From Terriglobia bacterium (GTDB lineage: Bacteria; Acidobacteriota; Terriglobia; 20CM-2-55-15), in NCBI GenBank assembly GCA_965198225.1, contig CBDAOY010000007.1, forward strand, positions 160,001 through 224,000: a stretch of DNA of 64,000 nt. Reading direction: 5' to 3'. Shown piece by piece: positions 1 through 11,041 of this stretch. The notes beneath the pieces were generated by a model. The model had not been told where the DNA came from, did no database searches, and saw nothing but the letters and a program-made list of their open reading frames with translations. The position numbers and the translations under genes are program-made. Numbering within the stretch: the first letter of the stretch is position 1; each line of letters begins with the position of its first letter.

Positions 1-171
1 GGAAACATCGAACTCTTCGACCCAGACCGTTTCGGCCAGCGCTCCGATGGGAAGGCCTTCTGGCTGGGAGGTCGTTTGAGTGGATCCGGACGAAGACAGG
101 ACCCAGGTTGTTAGGCCCACTGTAAGGACCAGGATGGACCCCCAACCGGGCCGCGCTGATGAGATACCCAT
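1..171 (-). CDS. 5' part of an exported/membrane hypothetical protein (runs off the window)
   Basis: Minus-strand GGGAGG RBS, ATG at 171, open to the window edge: MGISSARPGWGSILVLTVGLTTWVLSSSGSTQ..., signal-peptide-like. Confidence 0.6.
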   Translation of the reverse strand, partial: MGISSARPGWGSILVLTVGLTTWVLSSSGSTQTTSQPEGLPIGALAETVWVEEFDVS

Positions 172-604
172 AAGACAATCCTCCCTTGGCGTACCGGACG
201 TAGTGATAGCTCCCGGACTTTCCGTCTGGTTCAATGCCCGTCCCGAAGCGGCGTCTTACCTCAGGAGTCCGTCCTTGCCCGATGCTCCCATCGGCCCAAA
301 ATGCGTGACGGGATATGAGTGCTGAGATGCTAGCAGGGATCGTCGGGCTGGGTTAATCCCCCATTAGTACTGTTTTGGGCTAATCCAATCAGTACACTAA
401 ATACTATATCTTTAGATGTATTATTTCTCCCTCGGGAGCACGGCGTTCGGCCGCTGCTACATACCGACCGAATGCGGCTATACTGTCCCGGGCCGGCCCT
501 GCTCTCGGGCTCGCGCCGCACTCAGATTCTTGCCGGACCGTGTAACCATCGAACTTCCGCGGACGTTAGATCGAACAGAGGGTTAATCAGGGAGTTTTTT
601 GTGA

Positions 605-3049
605 ATGGATGACCTGGATCAGACGGTAGACTTGCGCTCGACAAATTGGACGCTCCCTCTCCTGGTGGCCTTGTTCGTGGGCAGCGGCTGCGCAGCGCTG
701 GTCTACGAGGTCGTCTGGTTCCAGCTCCTCAGTCTGGTCATCGGGTCCTCGTCGGTATCGCTCGGGGTGCTGCTGGGCACGTTCATGGGAGGGATGTGTC
801 TGGGCAGTTTGATGCTGCCACGCCTGGTATCGCCGGAACATCATCCACTCCGGCTGTACGCGTTCCTGGAACTCGGGATCGGTGTGATCGGACTGGCGGT
901 CCTGTTCGCCATGCCGCTGGTGGGCGGTGTGTACACGGCCTGGGCGGGGTCGGGTATTGTCGGCATGTTGCTGCGGGGGATCGTGGCAGCCATCTGCCTG
1001 CTGCCGCCGACGATCCTGATGGGTGCGACGCTTCCGGCGATCTCGCGATGGGTGGAAACCACTCCCAGCGGTGTGTCGTGGCTCGGATTCTTCTATGGCG
1101 GAAATATCGTAGGAGCCGTTATCGGGAGCCTGCTGGCCGGCTTCTACCTCCTCCGTGTCTACGACGTTGCGATCGCCACGCTCGTCGCGGTCGGGATCAA
1201 TGTCGCCGTCGCCCTGTTGGGCCTTGCCCTGGCGAAGGCGACACGCTACGAGCCGGCAGCGCCGACGGCGGAAACGGAAGAGTCGGAAGGCGCCTCCTGG
1301 CCGGTCTACGTTACGATCGGCCTGTCGGGGATGACGGCGCTCGCGGCCGAAGTCATCTGGACCCGCCACCTTTCGTTGCTCTTCGGTGCCACTGTCTACA
1401 CGTTCTCGCTGATACTCTCGGTCTTCCTGCTGGGGTTGGGAATCGGCAGTAGTCTCGGCTCTGCCCTTGCGCGCTCGATCAAGAAACCGCGCATGGCGCT
1501 TGGCCACTGTCAGCTCTTGTTGTGCCTGGCCATGGCCTGGGCCGCCTACTCGATCACCGTATCGCTGCCGTTCTGGCCGATCGATCTCACGCTGACATCG
1601 GACCTGTGGATCAGTCTGCAGCTCGATCTGGCCCGCGCGCTGTGGGCGATGCTGCCGGCGGCGATTCTCTGGGGCGCCAGCTTCCCCCTCGCGCTGGCTG
1701 CGGCCGCGGCGCGTGGGCAGGATCCCGGGCGTCTGGTCGGCGGCCTTTACGCCGCAAATACGGTGGGGGCCATCGTCGGTTCTCTGGGCGCAAGTCTCGT
1801 GCTGGTCGCCTGGCTCGGTAGCCAGCTGGCCTTGCAGTTGTTGATCGTCTTTTCCGCGGTTTCGGGGTTGCTCATGTGGGCTTCAGGCGGAGCCGGGGGG
1901 AGCCAGGATCGGTTCGGGATACGTGAAGCGGTCCCCGTGTCCGCCGCGATGGGTCTCGCGGTTCTTCTCGCTCTCGCTGTTCCAGGCCTGCAGCCGGGAT
2001 TCGTCGCATACGGTCGCTTCCTGCCGACGCTCGGATACACCCCCAACGTCATCTACGTGGGCGAGGGGCTGACCGCGACGGTAGCCGTCTCCGAAGAGTC
2101 GGACGGCATCCTCAACTACCACAACGCCGGAAAGGTTCAGGCCTCGAGCTATCCCGAGGACATGCGACTCCAGCGGATGCTCGGGCATCTGACGACGCTG
2201 GTGCCGGAAAACCCCGAAACGTTTCTCGTCATCGGATGCGGCGCAGGAGTGACGGCCGGCGCCGTCAGTATCAACCCCGATATGGAACGCATGACCATCG
2301 CCGAAATCGAACCGCTGGTGCCGGAGGTGGTCTCGACCTATTTCGGCGTCGAAAACTACAACGTCGTCGACAACCCACGTGTGGATATCCGTATCGACGA
2401 CGGACGCCACTTCCTGCTGACCACCGATCAGAAGTTCGACGGCATTACCTCCGATCCGCTGGATCCCTGGGTGAAGGGGGCGGCGGCGCTCTATACGAGG
2501 GAGTTCTGGCAACTGGCGAAGGATCACCTGAAGCCGGGCGGCGTCGTGACGGTGTTCGTGCAACTCTACGAAAGTACCGAGGAAGCGGTGAAGAGCGAAA
2601 TCGCCACGTTCTTCGACGTCTTTCCAAACGGTGCGGTCTTCGCGAATACGGTCTCCGGGGAGGGCTATGACGTGGTATTGCTCGGCCAGGCCGACCCTGT
2701 GCCGATCGACATCGACCGCATCCAGCGGCGCCTGGACAGTCCCGACTACGCGCTGGTCAGACGGTCGCTCGGCGAAGTCGGGTTTTATTCCGCGGTCGAT
2801 CTGCTGGCCACTTTTTCCGGCCAGGCGTCCGACCTTGCCCCGTGGCTCGAAGGGGCGGCGATCAACCAGGATCGAAACCTCCGTCTGCAGTACCTTGCCG
2901 GCAGGGGCTTGAACCTCTATCAGGCCGACATCATCTTCGACCACATGGTCGCTACAGGCATCCAGTTTCCGGAACTCCTGTTTACCGGGTCCCCGGTCCG
3001 GATGGGGCAACTCGAGAGTTCGATCCTGACGCGACAGGGTCGATTTTAG
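605..3049 (+). CDS. Fused multi-TM membrane domain / spermidine-synthase-like SAM-binding protein
   Basis: About 13 hydrophobic segments, then LVIGCGAG, EIEP, DGRHFL, DPLDPW motifs. Confidence 0.85.
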   Translation: MDDLDQTVDLRSTNWTLPLLVALFVGSGCAALVYEVVWFQLLSLVIGSSSVSLGVLLGTFMGGMCLGSLMLPRLVSPEHHPLRLYAFLELGIGVIGLAVLFAMPLVGGVYTAWAGSGIVGMLLRGIVAAICLLPPTILMGATLPAISRWVETTPSGVSWLGFFYGGNIVGAVIGSLLAGFYLLRVYDVAIATLVAVGINVAVALLGLALAKATRYEPAAPTAETEESEGASWPVYVTIGLSGMTALAAEVIWTRHLSLLFGATVYTFSLILSVFLLGLGIGSSLGSALARSIKKPRMALGHCQLLLCLAMAWAAYSITVSLPFWPIDLTLTSDLWISLQLDLARALWAMLPAAILWGASFPLALAAAAARGQDPGRLVGGLYAANTVGAIVGSLGASLVLVAWLGSQLALQLLIVFSAVSGLLMWASGGAGGSQDRFGIREAVPVSAAMGLAVLLALAVPGLQPGFVAYGRFLPTLGYTPNVIYVGEGLTATVAVSEESDGILNYHNAGKVQASSYPEDMRLQRMLGHLTTLVPENPETFLVIGCGAGVTAGAVSINPDMERMTIAEIEPLVPEVVSTYFGVENYNVVDNPRVDIRIDDGRHFLLTTDQKFDGITSDPLDPWVKGAAALYTREFWQLAKDHLKPGGVVTVFVQLYESTEEAVKSEIATFFDVFPNGAVFANTVSGEGYDVVLLGQADPVPIDIDRIQRRLDSPDYALVRRSLGEVGFYSAVDLLATFSGQASDLAPWLEGAAINQDRNLRLQYLAGRGLNLYQADIIFDHMVATGIQFPELLFTGSPVRMGQLESSILTRQGRF

Positions 3050-3056
3050 AGTTGGC

Positions 3057-3941
3057 ATGGAAAAACTCCGATTCGGCGGCCAGACGATGGTCGCCCCGCT
3101 CAAGGCGGTGGCGCTGAAGCGTCCGCGTGATGCCTTTCGGTCGACCGAAGCCATCGAGGGCCAGTGTCGGGCGCTCGACTACCTGCGCCCGCCGGACCTC
3201 GAACGCGCCGAACGGGATCATCGACAATTCGTCTCCCTCATCGAGTCGGCCGGCGCAAGGGTCTTCTACCTGCCAGAAGATGCGGGCACGGGCTTGGATT
3301 CCATCTACACCCATGACCCTCTCCTGATGACCGATGCGGGCGCCGTTGTTCTCCAGACCGGGAAGGAGGCCCGTCGGAGGGAAGGGCCGGCGTTTGCGGC
3401 CGCGCTGGAGGAGTGGGGCGTGCCTGTCGTCGGAACCATCGACGGCGACGCGACGGCCGAGGGCGGGGACATGCTCTGGCTGGATGCGTCGACGCTGGTC
3501 CTCGGGCGCGGCTTTCGAACTAACGCGGCCGGTGTCTCGTCGCTGACTGAACTGCTCAAGCCGTGGGGCGTCGGCGTCATCCCTGTTGAGCTGCCTTACT
3601 GGAACGGGCCTTCGGAGGTTCTGCACCTCCAGTCGTTCATCAGCCTGCTCGACGAGGGCCTCGCTCTTGTCTACCGACGCCTGCTTCCGGTGACGCTGTT
3701 CGAGATCCTCAACGATCGCGGTTTCGAACTCGTCGACGTGCCTGATGAGGAATACGACTCGCTCGGTTCGAACGTTCTCGCGCTCGCTCCCCGGAACATC
3801 GTCATGGTATCCGGCAACCCGGAGACGCGATCCCGGATCGAGGGGGCCGGCTGCCGCGTCTCGGAATTTGACGGCAGCGAGATCTGTTTCCCCGGATCAG
3901 GGGGCCCCACCTGCCTGACCCGCCCGTTGTTGAGAGGCTAG
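3057..3941 (+). CDS. Amidinotransferase / dimethylarginine dimethylaminohydrolase family protein
   Basis: DSIYTHD, EGGD, HL, C-terminal GSGGPTCLTRP catalytic Cys motif. Confidence 0.85.
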   Translation: MEKLRFGGQTMVAPLKAVALKRPRDAFRSTEAIEGQCRALDYLRPPDLERAERDHRQFVSLIESAGARVFYLPEDAGTGLDSIYTHDPLLMTDAGAVVLQTGKEARRREGPAFAAALEEWGVPVVGTIDGDATAEGGDMLWLDASTLVLGRGFRTNAAGVSSLTELLKPWGVGVIPVELPYWNGPSEVLHLQSFISLLDEGLALVYRRLLPVTLFEILNDRGFELVDVPDEEYDSLGSNVLALAPRNIVMVSGNPETRSRIEGAGCRVSEFDGSEICFPGSGGPTCLTRPLLRG

Positions 3942-4114
3942 CAGCCCGTGGCAGAAGTCTGATGGTTCGCGCGCACCGGTCTTCGGAGGCGGAGACGAGG
4001 CGCGAGGAGGAGTTGATGCTGTTTCATCATGGGAACGAAAAATGAATCATTCTCGAAGCGCCAGCTGTTCGGCGGTTTACCTGAGCCGCCGCCCGATGGC
4101 GTTGGAGGGCAGAT

Positions 4115-4807
4115 ATGAGCAGGTATTCGATCGCCGAATTTGTATCCAGTACCTCGCAGAAAGACCGCGGCGAGGGACTGTTCGAGCTGGAGACGGAACG
4201 GATGCTCGAGGTCAACTTGAGCGGCCGGGTCTGGACCAAGATGGGATCGATGGTGGCCTACGAGGGCGACATCAAGTTCACACGGGAGGGCGTCCTCGAG
4301 CACGGCCTGGGTCGGATGCTGAAGAAGAGCTTCACCGGCGAGGGTGTGCGGCTGACGAAGGCCGAAGGCAGGGGAGCGCTGTACCTGGCCGACATGGGCA
4401 AGAAGGTTTCGATCCTAAAACTCCAGGGGGAGTCGCTCTTCGTCAATGGCAACGACCTGCTGGCTTTCGAAGACGGAATTCAATGGGACATCAAGCTGAT
4501 GCGCAAGGTGACGGCGATGCTGGCCGGAGGCCTGTTCAACGTGAGGCTCGAAGGCACCGGCATCGTGGCGATCACCACGCACTATGATCCGCTGACGCTC
4601 CGAGTCTCGGCCGATCGTTCCGTAACGACTGATCCCGGTGCCACCGTGGCCTGGTCTGGTTCGCTCAACCCGGAGTTCAAGACCGATGTGTCGCTCAAGA
4701 GCTTCATCGGCCGCGGCAGCGGAGAGTCGATCCAGATGTCTTTCTCCGGCGAGGGCTTTGTCGTCGTTCAGCCCTACGAGGAAGCCTTCGTTCAAGCTCG
4801 GGGGTAG
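4115..4807 (+). CDS. AIM24 family protein
   Basis: GSMVAYEG, GGLFNVRLEGTG, SGESIQMSFSGEGFVVVQP; GGAGG RBS. Confidence 0.85.
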   Translation: MSRYSIAEFVSSTSQKDRGEGLFELETERMLEVNLSGRVWTKMGSMVAYEGDIKFTREGVLEHGLGRMLKKSFTGEGVRLTKAEGRGALYLADMGKKVSILKLQGESLFVNGNDLLAFEDGIQWDIKLMRKVTAMLAGGLFNVRLEGTGIVAITTHYDPLTLRVSADRSVTTDPGATVAWSGSLNPEFKTDVSLKSFIGRGSGESIQMSFSGEGFVVVQPYEEAFVQARG

Positions 4808-4892
4808 CAGCCTGCCGCGGAAGTGCTTGGTTTTTCGTCAGCGCCGCCTAAGCGAGGCGGTAGCCCAAATAGGGCCGCGCCGAATACATTCC

Positions 4893-4920
4893 TTGACACT
4901 ATATTCGATATGGCTATAAT
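4893..4920 (+). promoter_or_regulatory. sigma70 promoter, probably leaderless, for the PadR gene
   Basis: TTGACA-16 bp-TATAAT ending 6 nt before ATG 4927. Confidence 0.75.
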
Positions 4921-4926
4921 AGGCGC

Positions 4927-5289
4927 ATGAGCCAAGAACAATCTCGACTCGCCGCGCTCCTGCCGTTGCCGCCTGTGACCTTCCATATCCTGATGACGCT
5001 CGCCGGTCAGGATCGCCACGGTTACGCCATCATCCAGGAAGTCGAAGCGCGGACGGATGGCGCGGTCCGTATCGGTGCGGGCACCCTCTACCGTTCGATC
5101 CAGCGGATGCTGGAACAGGGTTTGATCATCGAAACTCTGGATCGTCCGACGCCGGACCTGGACGATGAGCGTCGTCGGTATTACCGGATTACTTCGTTTG
5201 GTTCCGACGTGGCGAGGGCCGAGACTCGACGCCTGGCGCAGATGCTGAAGCTGGCCCGGGCGCAGGGCTTCGCCCCCGGGAGAGTGTGA
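4927..5289 (+). CDS. PadR family transcriptional regulator
   Basis: FHILMTL..HGYAI..GAGTLYRSI..RRRYYRIT. Confidence 0.9.
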   Translation: MSQEQSRLAALLPLPPVTFHILMTLAGQDRHGYAIIQEVEARTDGAVRIGAGTLYRSIQRMLEQGLIIETLDRPTPDLDDERRRYYRITSFGSDVARAETRRLAQMLKLARAQGFAPGRV

Positions 5290-5810
5290 TGCGCCCCTAC
5301 GAGCTCCTGTTGCATCTCTACCCCGCGGCGTTCCGCATCGAATACGGAGACGAACTCCGTCGGGTTTTCGCCCATCGTCGGGCCGACACCTCCGGGACCT
5401 TCGGGCTGACGTGGCTGTGGATGGAGGTGATCAAGGACACGTTCCTCAACGCGATTGCCGTGTACTGGGACATCCTGCGCCAGGACCTCCCGTATACCGC
5501 CAGGACGTTGGGACGAGCTCGTGGTTTCGCAATGACGGCGATCCTGGTCACGGGGCTTGGCGTCGGTGCGAACACGGCCGTGTTTTCGATCACCGACCAC
5601 GTCCTCATCCGGCCTCTTCCGTTCGCCGATTCCGACCGGCTCGTGAAGCTCTGGGAGCATCCTCCCGGATACGCTCGGATGGAGCTGTCGCCCCCGAACT
5701 ATCGCGATTGGCGCGATCGCAGCGTGTCTTTCGAAGAAATGGGTGCGTACCATGCCGTATCGGCGAACCTGGTCGGGATCGGCGACCCGGAGACTGGTAC
5801 AGGTCACTAA
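5286..5810 (+). pseudogene. Truncated ADOP/MacB-type ABC permease (N-terminus only)
   Basis: LLLHLYPAAFR..QDLPYTARTL..GVGANTAVFS..RPLPFAD; stops after 174 aa, whereas the family is much longer. Confidence 0.8.
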
Positions 5811-5919
5811 GCGGCTCTACCCCCCCCAAGAAAGCCCCCGGGCTGAGCCCCGGACCGCGGGTGATATCATCGGCAGCGATGTCGGGTTCTTGCAGCAGTC
5901 CGCCCCCCGGGGGGCGTCG

Positions 5920-7902
5920 TTGACGGACACGCCACAACACCAGCCTGGGCAGGATGCCGGCTCGGTCGACGAAGCCAAGAAATTCCGTGCCCTTCTGCAG
6001 CACGCCAACGACCTGGTTTATTCGGTCACAATCAACCCGGACGCGGGGACCTGGCGGCTGGAGTTCCTTAGTGACCGCATCCTCGATCTGAGCGGTTGTC
6101 GACCGGATGAATTCTTGCAGGAAGGCCGGCTGGGGGAAGGCGGTCCCTTTCGTCTGGCTGAACCCGCAGAGCACCCATTCGAGCTTCTTCACCCGGACGA
6201 CCTGGAGCAAGCGCTCCAGGCGACGCGGCGATTGTCCGCGGGCGAGAAGGTAATCCGTGAATACCGCATCCGAAACCGCCAGAGCGAGGAATACCGCTGG
6301 GTGGAGGACCGGTCGGAACCGGAGATGGACTCGCATCACCGCGTGGTCCGCATCTGGGGGATCGTTCGCGACATCACCGAGCGTCGCGAAAGAGAGGACG
6401 CGCTCAGACACCTTGCGGCGATCGTCGAAGTGACCGACGATGCCGTCGTCGGGCTGGACCCGGCCGGCCGGGTAGTGACCTGGAACTCGGCAGCGTCGGC
6501 GTTGTACGGTTACGAGAGCGAAGAGATCGTCGGCGAGCTGTTCTTTGATCGGGTCGTGCCGGATCGCGCCGTTTCGCTGAACGACCAGCTGAAATCGCTG
6601 GAGAGTGGGCACTTCAAGGAGCCCGACACCGAGCACGTGAACCGGGTCGGTCAGGCAGTTCCGGTTTCACTGACGGCGTCGGTGATCGATGGAGCGAATA
6701 CGACCTCTCGAATGATCGCCCTGGTGGTTCGCGACCTGACCGAGCGCCAGCAACTCGAGCAGCAGCTGCTTCAGTCTCAGAAGATGGAGGCCGTCGGCCG
6801 TCTTGCAGGTGGGATCGCCCACGACTTCAACAACATTCTCACGGTGATCCTCGGACTCGCGCGCGAAATCCGACTCGGTTCGGACGATCCATTGGCTGAG
6901 GAGGTCGAAGGTATCCAGCATGCGGCCGAGAGGGCGGCGCTCCTGACGCGGCAACTGCTCGCCTTCAGTCGAAGACAGATGCTTCAACCGAAGGTTCTCG
7001 ATCCCAACGAGCTGATCACGAACCTAGTGGGCCTGGTGCGCAAGCTCCTCGGCGAGCACATCGAAGTCGCGACGGAACTGGATGCCTCGACGGGACGTAT
7101 CAAAGCGGATCCTGTCCAACTGGAACAGGTCGTGATGAACCTGGCTGCAAACGCCCCTGATGCGATGCCCGACGGCGGTCGAGTCACGATCGAAACCGCT
7201 AACGTCGATTTTGACGACGAGTTTGTCCGGACTCACTCAGGAAGCCGTCCCGGCGCCTACGTGCGGCTGCGGTTTGCCGACACGGGCGCCGGGATGAGCG
7301 ACGAAACGCTGGTTCACGTTTTCGAGCCGTTCTTCACGACGAAGGGACCGGCGCTGGGGACGGGACTGGGGTTGTCGATGGTGTACGGCGTCGTCAAGCA
7401 GAGTCTCGGCTACATTTCGGTGGTGACCGAGCCCGGCGAGGGAACAGCCTTTGAGATATACCTGCCGAGGGTTCGAGAGGTGTCGCCTGCGCCTGCCGAT
7501 CCGCCCACGACTGCCCTGGGTGTTGAAACCATTCTCCTGGCCGAGGACGAGCCGTCTTTGAGGGGTTTTGTGCGTCGGGCGCTCGAGGCCGCCGGATACC
7601 GCGTGCTGGAAGCGCACGACGGCAAGGACGCTCTGACCGCCTTCGAAGAGAACGCCGAAGACATTCAAGCGATTCTGACCGACATCGTGATGCCCAACCA
7701 GAGCGGGCCCCAACTCGCCGATCGCGTGCGCGCGCGGCGACCGGGAATCGGCATCGTCTACATGTCCGGCTATCCCGACCTGGCAGACGACCAGCGCCCG
7801 ACGCTGGACGAGACTTCGGTGTTCATCCAGAAACCGTTCACGATGGAAGAGCTCACGGTGGCACTTCGGAATGTGCTGGATCGCTCCTCAGCCGAAGCTT
7901 GA
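5920..7902 (+). CDS. PAS-PAS hybrid sensor histidine kinase / response regulator
   Basis: PAS domains, [10 protein letters not shown]-box, GTGLGL, receiver domain (LAEDE, TDIVMP, QKPF); start uncertain (TTG 5920, ORF open from 5743). Confidence 0.9.
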   Translation: MTDTPQHQPGQDAGSVDEAKKFRALLQHANDLVYSVTINPDAGTWRLEFLSDRILDLSGCRPDEFLQEGRLGEGGPFRLAEPAEHPFELLHPDDLEQALQATRRLSAGEKVIREYRIRNRQSEEYRWVEDRSEPEMDSHHRVVRIWGIVRDITERREREDALRHLAAIVEVTDDAVVGLDPAGRVVTWNSAASALYGYESEEIVGELFFDRVVPDRAVSLNDQLKSLESGHFKEPDTEHVNRVGQAVPVSLTASVIDGANTTSRMIALVVRDLTERQQLEQQLLQSQKMEAVGRLAGGIAHDFNNILTVILGLAREIRLGSDDPLAEEVEGIQHAAERAALLTRQLLAFSRRQMLQPKVLDPNELITNLVGLVRKLLGEHIEVATELDASTGRIKADPVQLEQVVMNLAANAPDAMPDGGRVTIETANVDFDDEFVRTHSGSRPGAYVRLRFADTGAGMSDETLVHVFEPFFTTKGPALGTGLGLSMVYGVVKQSLGYISVVTEPGEGTAFEIYLPRVREVSPAPADPPTTALGVETILLAEDEPSLRGFVRRALEAAGYRVLEAHDGKDALTAFEENAEDIQAILTDIVMPNQSGPQLADRVRARRPGIGIVYMSGYPDLADDQRPTLDETSVFIQKPFTMEELTVALRNVLDRSSAEA

Positions 7903-7974
7903 CGTCTGCATAATCCCAGCTGGGACACCGCTCACGCGGGCAGGTGCGCCTGCTACCACTCCCGCGACCGCGCT

Positions 7975-8237
7975 GGGGTCCACTTCGTTTCCAGCGGAAC
8001 ATATAGAGGCCGAAGCTGGTCAGGGAGAACGTGATCGCGAGTGCGTACTGGAATAACCCGAAATCGAACACGATCCGGTAGATCGGCAGGTATACGATCT
8101 CGACGATTCCGACCAGCAGACAAAGAGCCCCGAGCCGGCGTGCCGCTTCTTCCTTGAGTTCCGGCGCCCAGGATCGGAGGAGCGGCGCCGAGCTGAACCT
8201 CCTGAAGATGCGGTGGCTGTCGGTGGCAGTTTCTTCA
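7975..8237 (-). pseudogene. Frameshifted membrane-protein N-terminal fragment
   Basis: MKKLPPTATASS then a second frame ELKEEAARRLGALCLLVGIVEIVYL..ALAITFSLTSFGLYMF (two TM segments); no intact ORF. Confidence 0.4.
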
Positions 8238-8402
8238 TTACGAGTGTCTTCAGATAGCGGCGACTTTTGGCTGCGGTCTGGTGACGCAACTAATACGTAT
8301 GAAACACTTTGCCGACATGCCGGCCACGATTATAGAAGCTGCGGGAAGTCGGCTGCAAGGACACATGACGCCTTTCGTCGGTCGAGATCCGCCCAAGTGG
8401 AG

Positions 8403-8427
8403 CAAATGTCACAATTGGTGACATTTG
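8403..8427. promoter_or_regulatory. Perfect inverted repeat, candidate transcription factor site upstream of the DUF1592 operon
   Basis: CAAATGTCAC-aattg-GTGACATTTG. Confidence 0.55.
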
Positions 8428-8533
8428 TTTGGTTGTTTTTTGGCGGGCTGTAGCATTAAATATGATGTCGTGGGATCTGTGCACCTGCGGGTGTGGTGCG
8501 CGTATGTTTGGAAACCGAGCGGGGTGACGTAAG

Positions 8534-10969
8534 TTGATGATGACGAGAGAGATGATGAAGAGAATGTTGCTGTTCGGTCTCGTCGTGGTCGTCGCCGTGG
8601 CGATGGACCCTCAGGCCGACGGCTCGATCGCAATGTTGCCGGCGCACAGCGTATCGCCCCCATCGCCCGCCGCGGTGAATTCGGCCATCCTGGATCAGTA
8701 TTGCAGCGCCTGCCATGATGATGACCTGCGCTCGGGAGGGTTCGCGCTGTCGGAACTGGACCTGGAGCAGCCGGGGGAAACGGCCGAACGGTTCGAAACG
8801 GTCATCTTGAAGCTGAACGCCGGGATGATGCCGCCTCCCGGAATGCCTCGACCCGAAGCCGGCGTCATCGATGATTTCATTGCCGGGGTGGAGGGAGCGA
8901 TCGACACGGCGGCCGCTGCCGACCCGAATCCCGGCCGGCCGATTCTGCACCGGCTCAATCGGACCGAGTATTCCAACGCAGTCCGTGACCTGCTGGGTGT
9001 GGAGATCGACGCCGAGTCCTACCTGCCGCCCGACGACATGAGCGAAGGCTACGACAACATGTCCGACGTGCTCACGATTTCGCCGGCCCTTCTCGAGAGT
9101 TACATGGTCACGGCGGGGAAAATCAGCCGGATGGCAGTCGGCGATCCCGAGGCGGCTCCGGTTGTCGACACCTATGTGGTACCCCAGGCGGTTTCGCAGA
9201 TGCGTCACGTTCCGGGCGCGCCGTTCGGTACCCGGGGCGGCACGGTCGTTCGTCACAACTTCCCGGCCGATGGCGAGTACACCTTCTGGATGAGTTTCTA
9301 CTACGCCAGCATCGGTCCCCTCTTCGGCGACAACATACCGGCCGAAGGAGAGCAGATCGAGGTTGCGATCGACGGCGTGCGCGTCGCGCTGCTCGATATT
9401 CCGCGGCAGATCAAGACGGTCGAAGACGTCCGGACCGAACCGATCAAGGTGACTGCGGGACCGCACGACGTCTCGGCGACGTTTATCGAGAGAGGCGCAG
9501 GACCCGTCGAAGATTTCGTGATGCCTTTCGAGCGTGTCCTCGTGGATCTTTCGACCGGCCACTTCCCGGGCCTGACCGGTCTGCCGCACTTGCGCAACCT
9601 TGGCATCAATGGGCCCTACAACGTGACGGGTGTCAGCCCGATCCCAAGCCATGAAAAGATCTTCGTCTGCCGTCCGGCCGATGATAGCGAAGAAACTTCC
9701 TGCGCCCGCCATATCGTGTCGAAGCTGGCGCGTCTGGCGTTCCGGCGGCCCCTGACGGATCAGGACGTCGAGCCCCTGATTTCCTACTTTCGCAGCGGTC
9801 GGGAACAGGGCGATTTCGATGCGGGCATCCGTCTGGCGCTGCAGGCTATTCTGGCGGATCCGGAATTCCTGTTCCGTTTCGAGCGCGACCCCGAAGGCGC
9901 CGAGCCCGGCACGAACCATCGGATCACCGATCTCGAACTGGCTTCCAGGCTGTCGTACTTTCTGTGGAGCAGCGCGCCCGACGACGAGTTGATCACGATT
10001 GCCGCTGACCGACAGCTGTCGGACCCGACGATCCTAGAGCAACAGGTACGGCGGATGCTGGAACATCCGAAGGCCGAGACCTTGTCGACGAACTTCGCGT
10101 CCCACTGGCTGCGGCTGCAGAACCTCAAAGACATCCATCCCGACGCGTACCTGTTTCCCGACTGGGATTACAACCTGACCCGGTCGATGCGGAGGGAAAC
10201 AGAGTTGTTCTTCAACAGCATCGTCCGCGAGGACCGCACCATCATCGATCTCCTCGATGCCGACTATACGTTCGTCGACGGGCGGCTTGCCCGGCATTAC
10301 GATGTACCCAACGTCGTCGGTAGCCGATTCCGTCGCGTCGGGCGGGCCAACAGCGAGCGACGCGGCCTGCTCGGGCAGGGCAGCATCCTGACCTTGACCT
10401 CGATGGCAAACCGGACGTCACCGGTGCTACGGGGCGCGTGGATCATGGAAGTCATCCTGGGGACGCCTCCGCCGAACCCGCCGGCCAACGTGCCGCCGCT
10501 CGAGGAGAACGAGACGGGACAGAAGCTGTTGTCGGTGCGCGAGCGTCTGGTGTCGCACCGCGCGAATCCGGCCTGCGGCGCCTGCCACGACATCATCGAT
10601 CCGCTGGGGTTCTCTCTCGAGAACTTCGATGCGGTCGGAGCATGGCGCGCGAAGGATAGCGGTTTCGCCATTGACCCGTCGGGTACGCTCTTCGACGGTA
10701 CCGAAGTGGCCGGGCCGTCCGATCTTCGCGAGTATCTACTTCGGAGCCAGGATCTGTTCGTCAGGAACTTCACGCGGAACCTGCTGATGTACGCGATGGG
10801 CCGGGTTCTGCACCACTACGACATGACCACCGTCCGCGAGATCGTTCGCCAGGCGGGGGCCGAAGACAACCGCTTCTCATCCTTCGTCATGGCCATCGTC
10901 AACAGCACGCCGTTCCAGTTTCGACGCGTGGAAGCGCTCCCGACGGAGGAGGATGCGGCAAGGCACTAG
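8534..10969 (+). CDS. DUF1592/DUF1588/DUF1587 (PSD/PSCyt) cytochrome c domain protein
   Basis: CSACH and CGACH heme motifs, HRLNRTEY, ELASRLSYFLWSS, TSPVLRGAW. Confidence 0.9.
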   Translation: MMMTREMMKRMLLFGLVVVVAVAMDPQADGSIAMLPAHSVSPPSPAAVNSAILDQYCSACHDDDLRSGGFALSELDLEQPGETAERFETVILKLNAGMMPPPGMPRPEAGVIDDFIAGVEGAIDTAAAADPNPGRPILHRLNRTEYSNAVRDLLGVEIDAESYLPPDDMSEGYDNMSDVLTISPALLESYMVTAGKISRMAVGDPEAAPVVDTYVVPQAVSQMRHVPGAPFGTRGGTVVRHNFPADGEYTFWMSFYYASIGPLFGDNIPAEGEQIEVAIDGVRVALLDIPRQIKTVEDVRTEPIKVTAGPHDVSATFIERGAGPVEDFVMPFERVLVDLSTGHFPGLTGLPHLRNLGINGPYNVTGVSPIPSHEKIFVCRPADDSEETSCARHIVSKLARLAFRRPLTDQDVEPLISYFRSGREQGDFDAGIRLALQAILADPEFLFRFERDPEGAEPGTNHRITDLELASRLSYFLWSSAPDDELITIAADRQLSDPTILEQQVRRMLEHPKAETLSTNFASHWLRLQNLKDIHPDAYLFPDWDYNLTRSMRRETELFFNSIVREDRTIIDLLDADYTFVDGRLARHYDVPNVVGSRFRRVGRANSERRGLLGQGSILTLTSMANRTSPVLRGAWIMEVILGTPPPNPPANVPPLEENETGQKLLSVRERLVSHRANPACGACHDIIDPLGFSLENFDAVGAWRAKDSGFAIDPSGTLFDGTEVAGPSDLREYLLRSQDLFVRNFTRNLLMYAMGRVLHHYDMTTVREIVRQAGAEDNRFSSFVMAIVNSTPFQFRRVEALPTEEDAARH

Positions 10970-11041
10970 TCGATCAGCGACCGTATAAACCGACCCGTTA
11001 TCATATGTACGACATCACACCAGGTAGATAAGGAGAGGGCG

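Noticed and set aside
172-600. Riboswitch or ncRNA in the AT-rich divergent intergenic region
   Set aside because: No recognisable aptamer; only a weak TTAGTACTG/CAGTAC dyad consistent with a promoter
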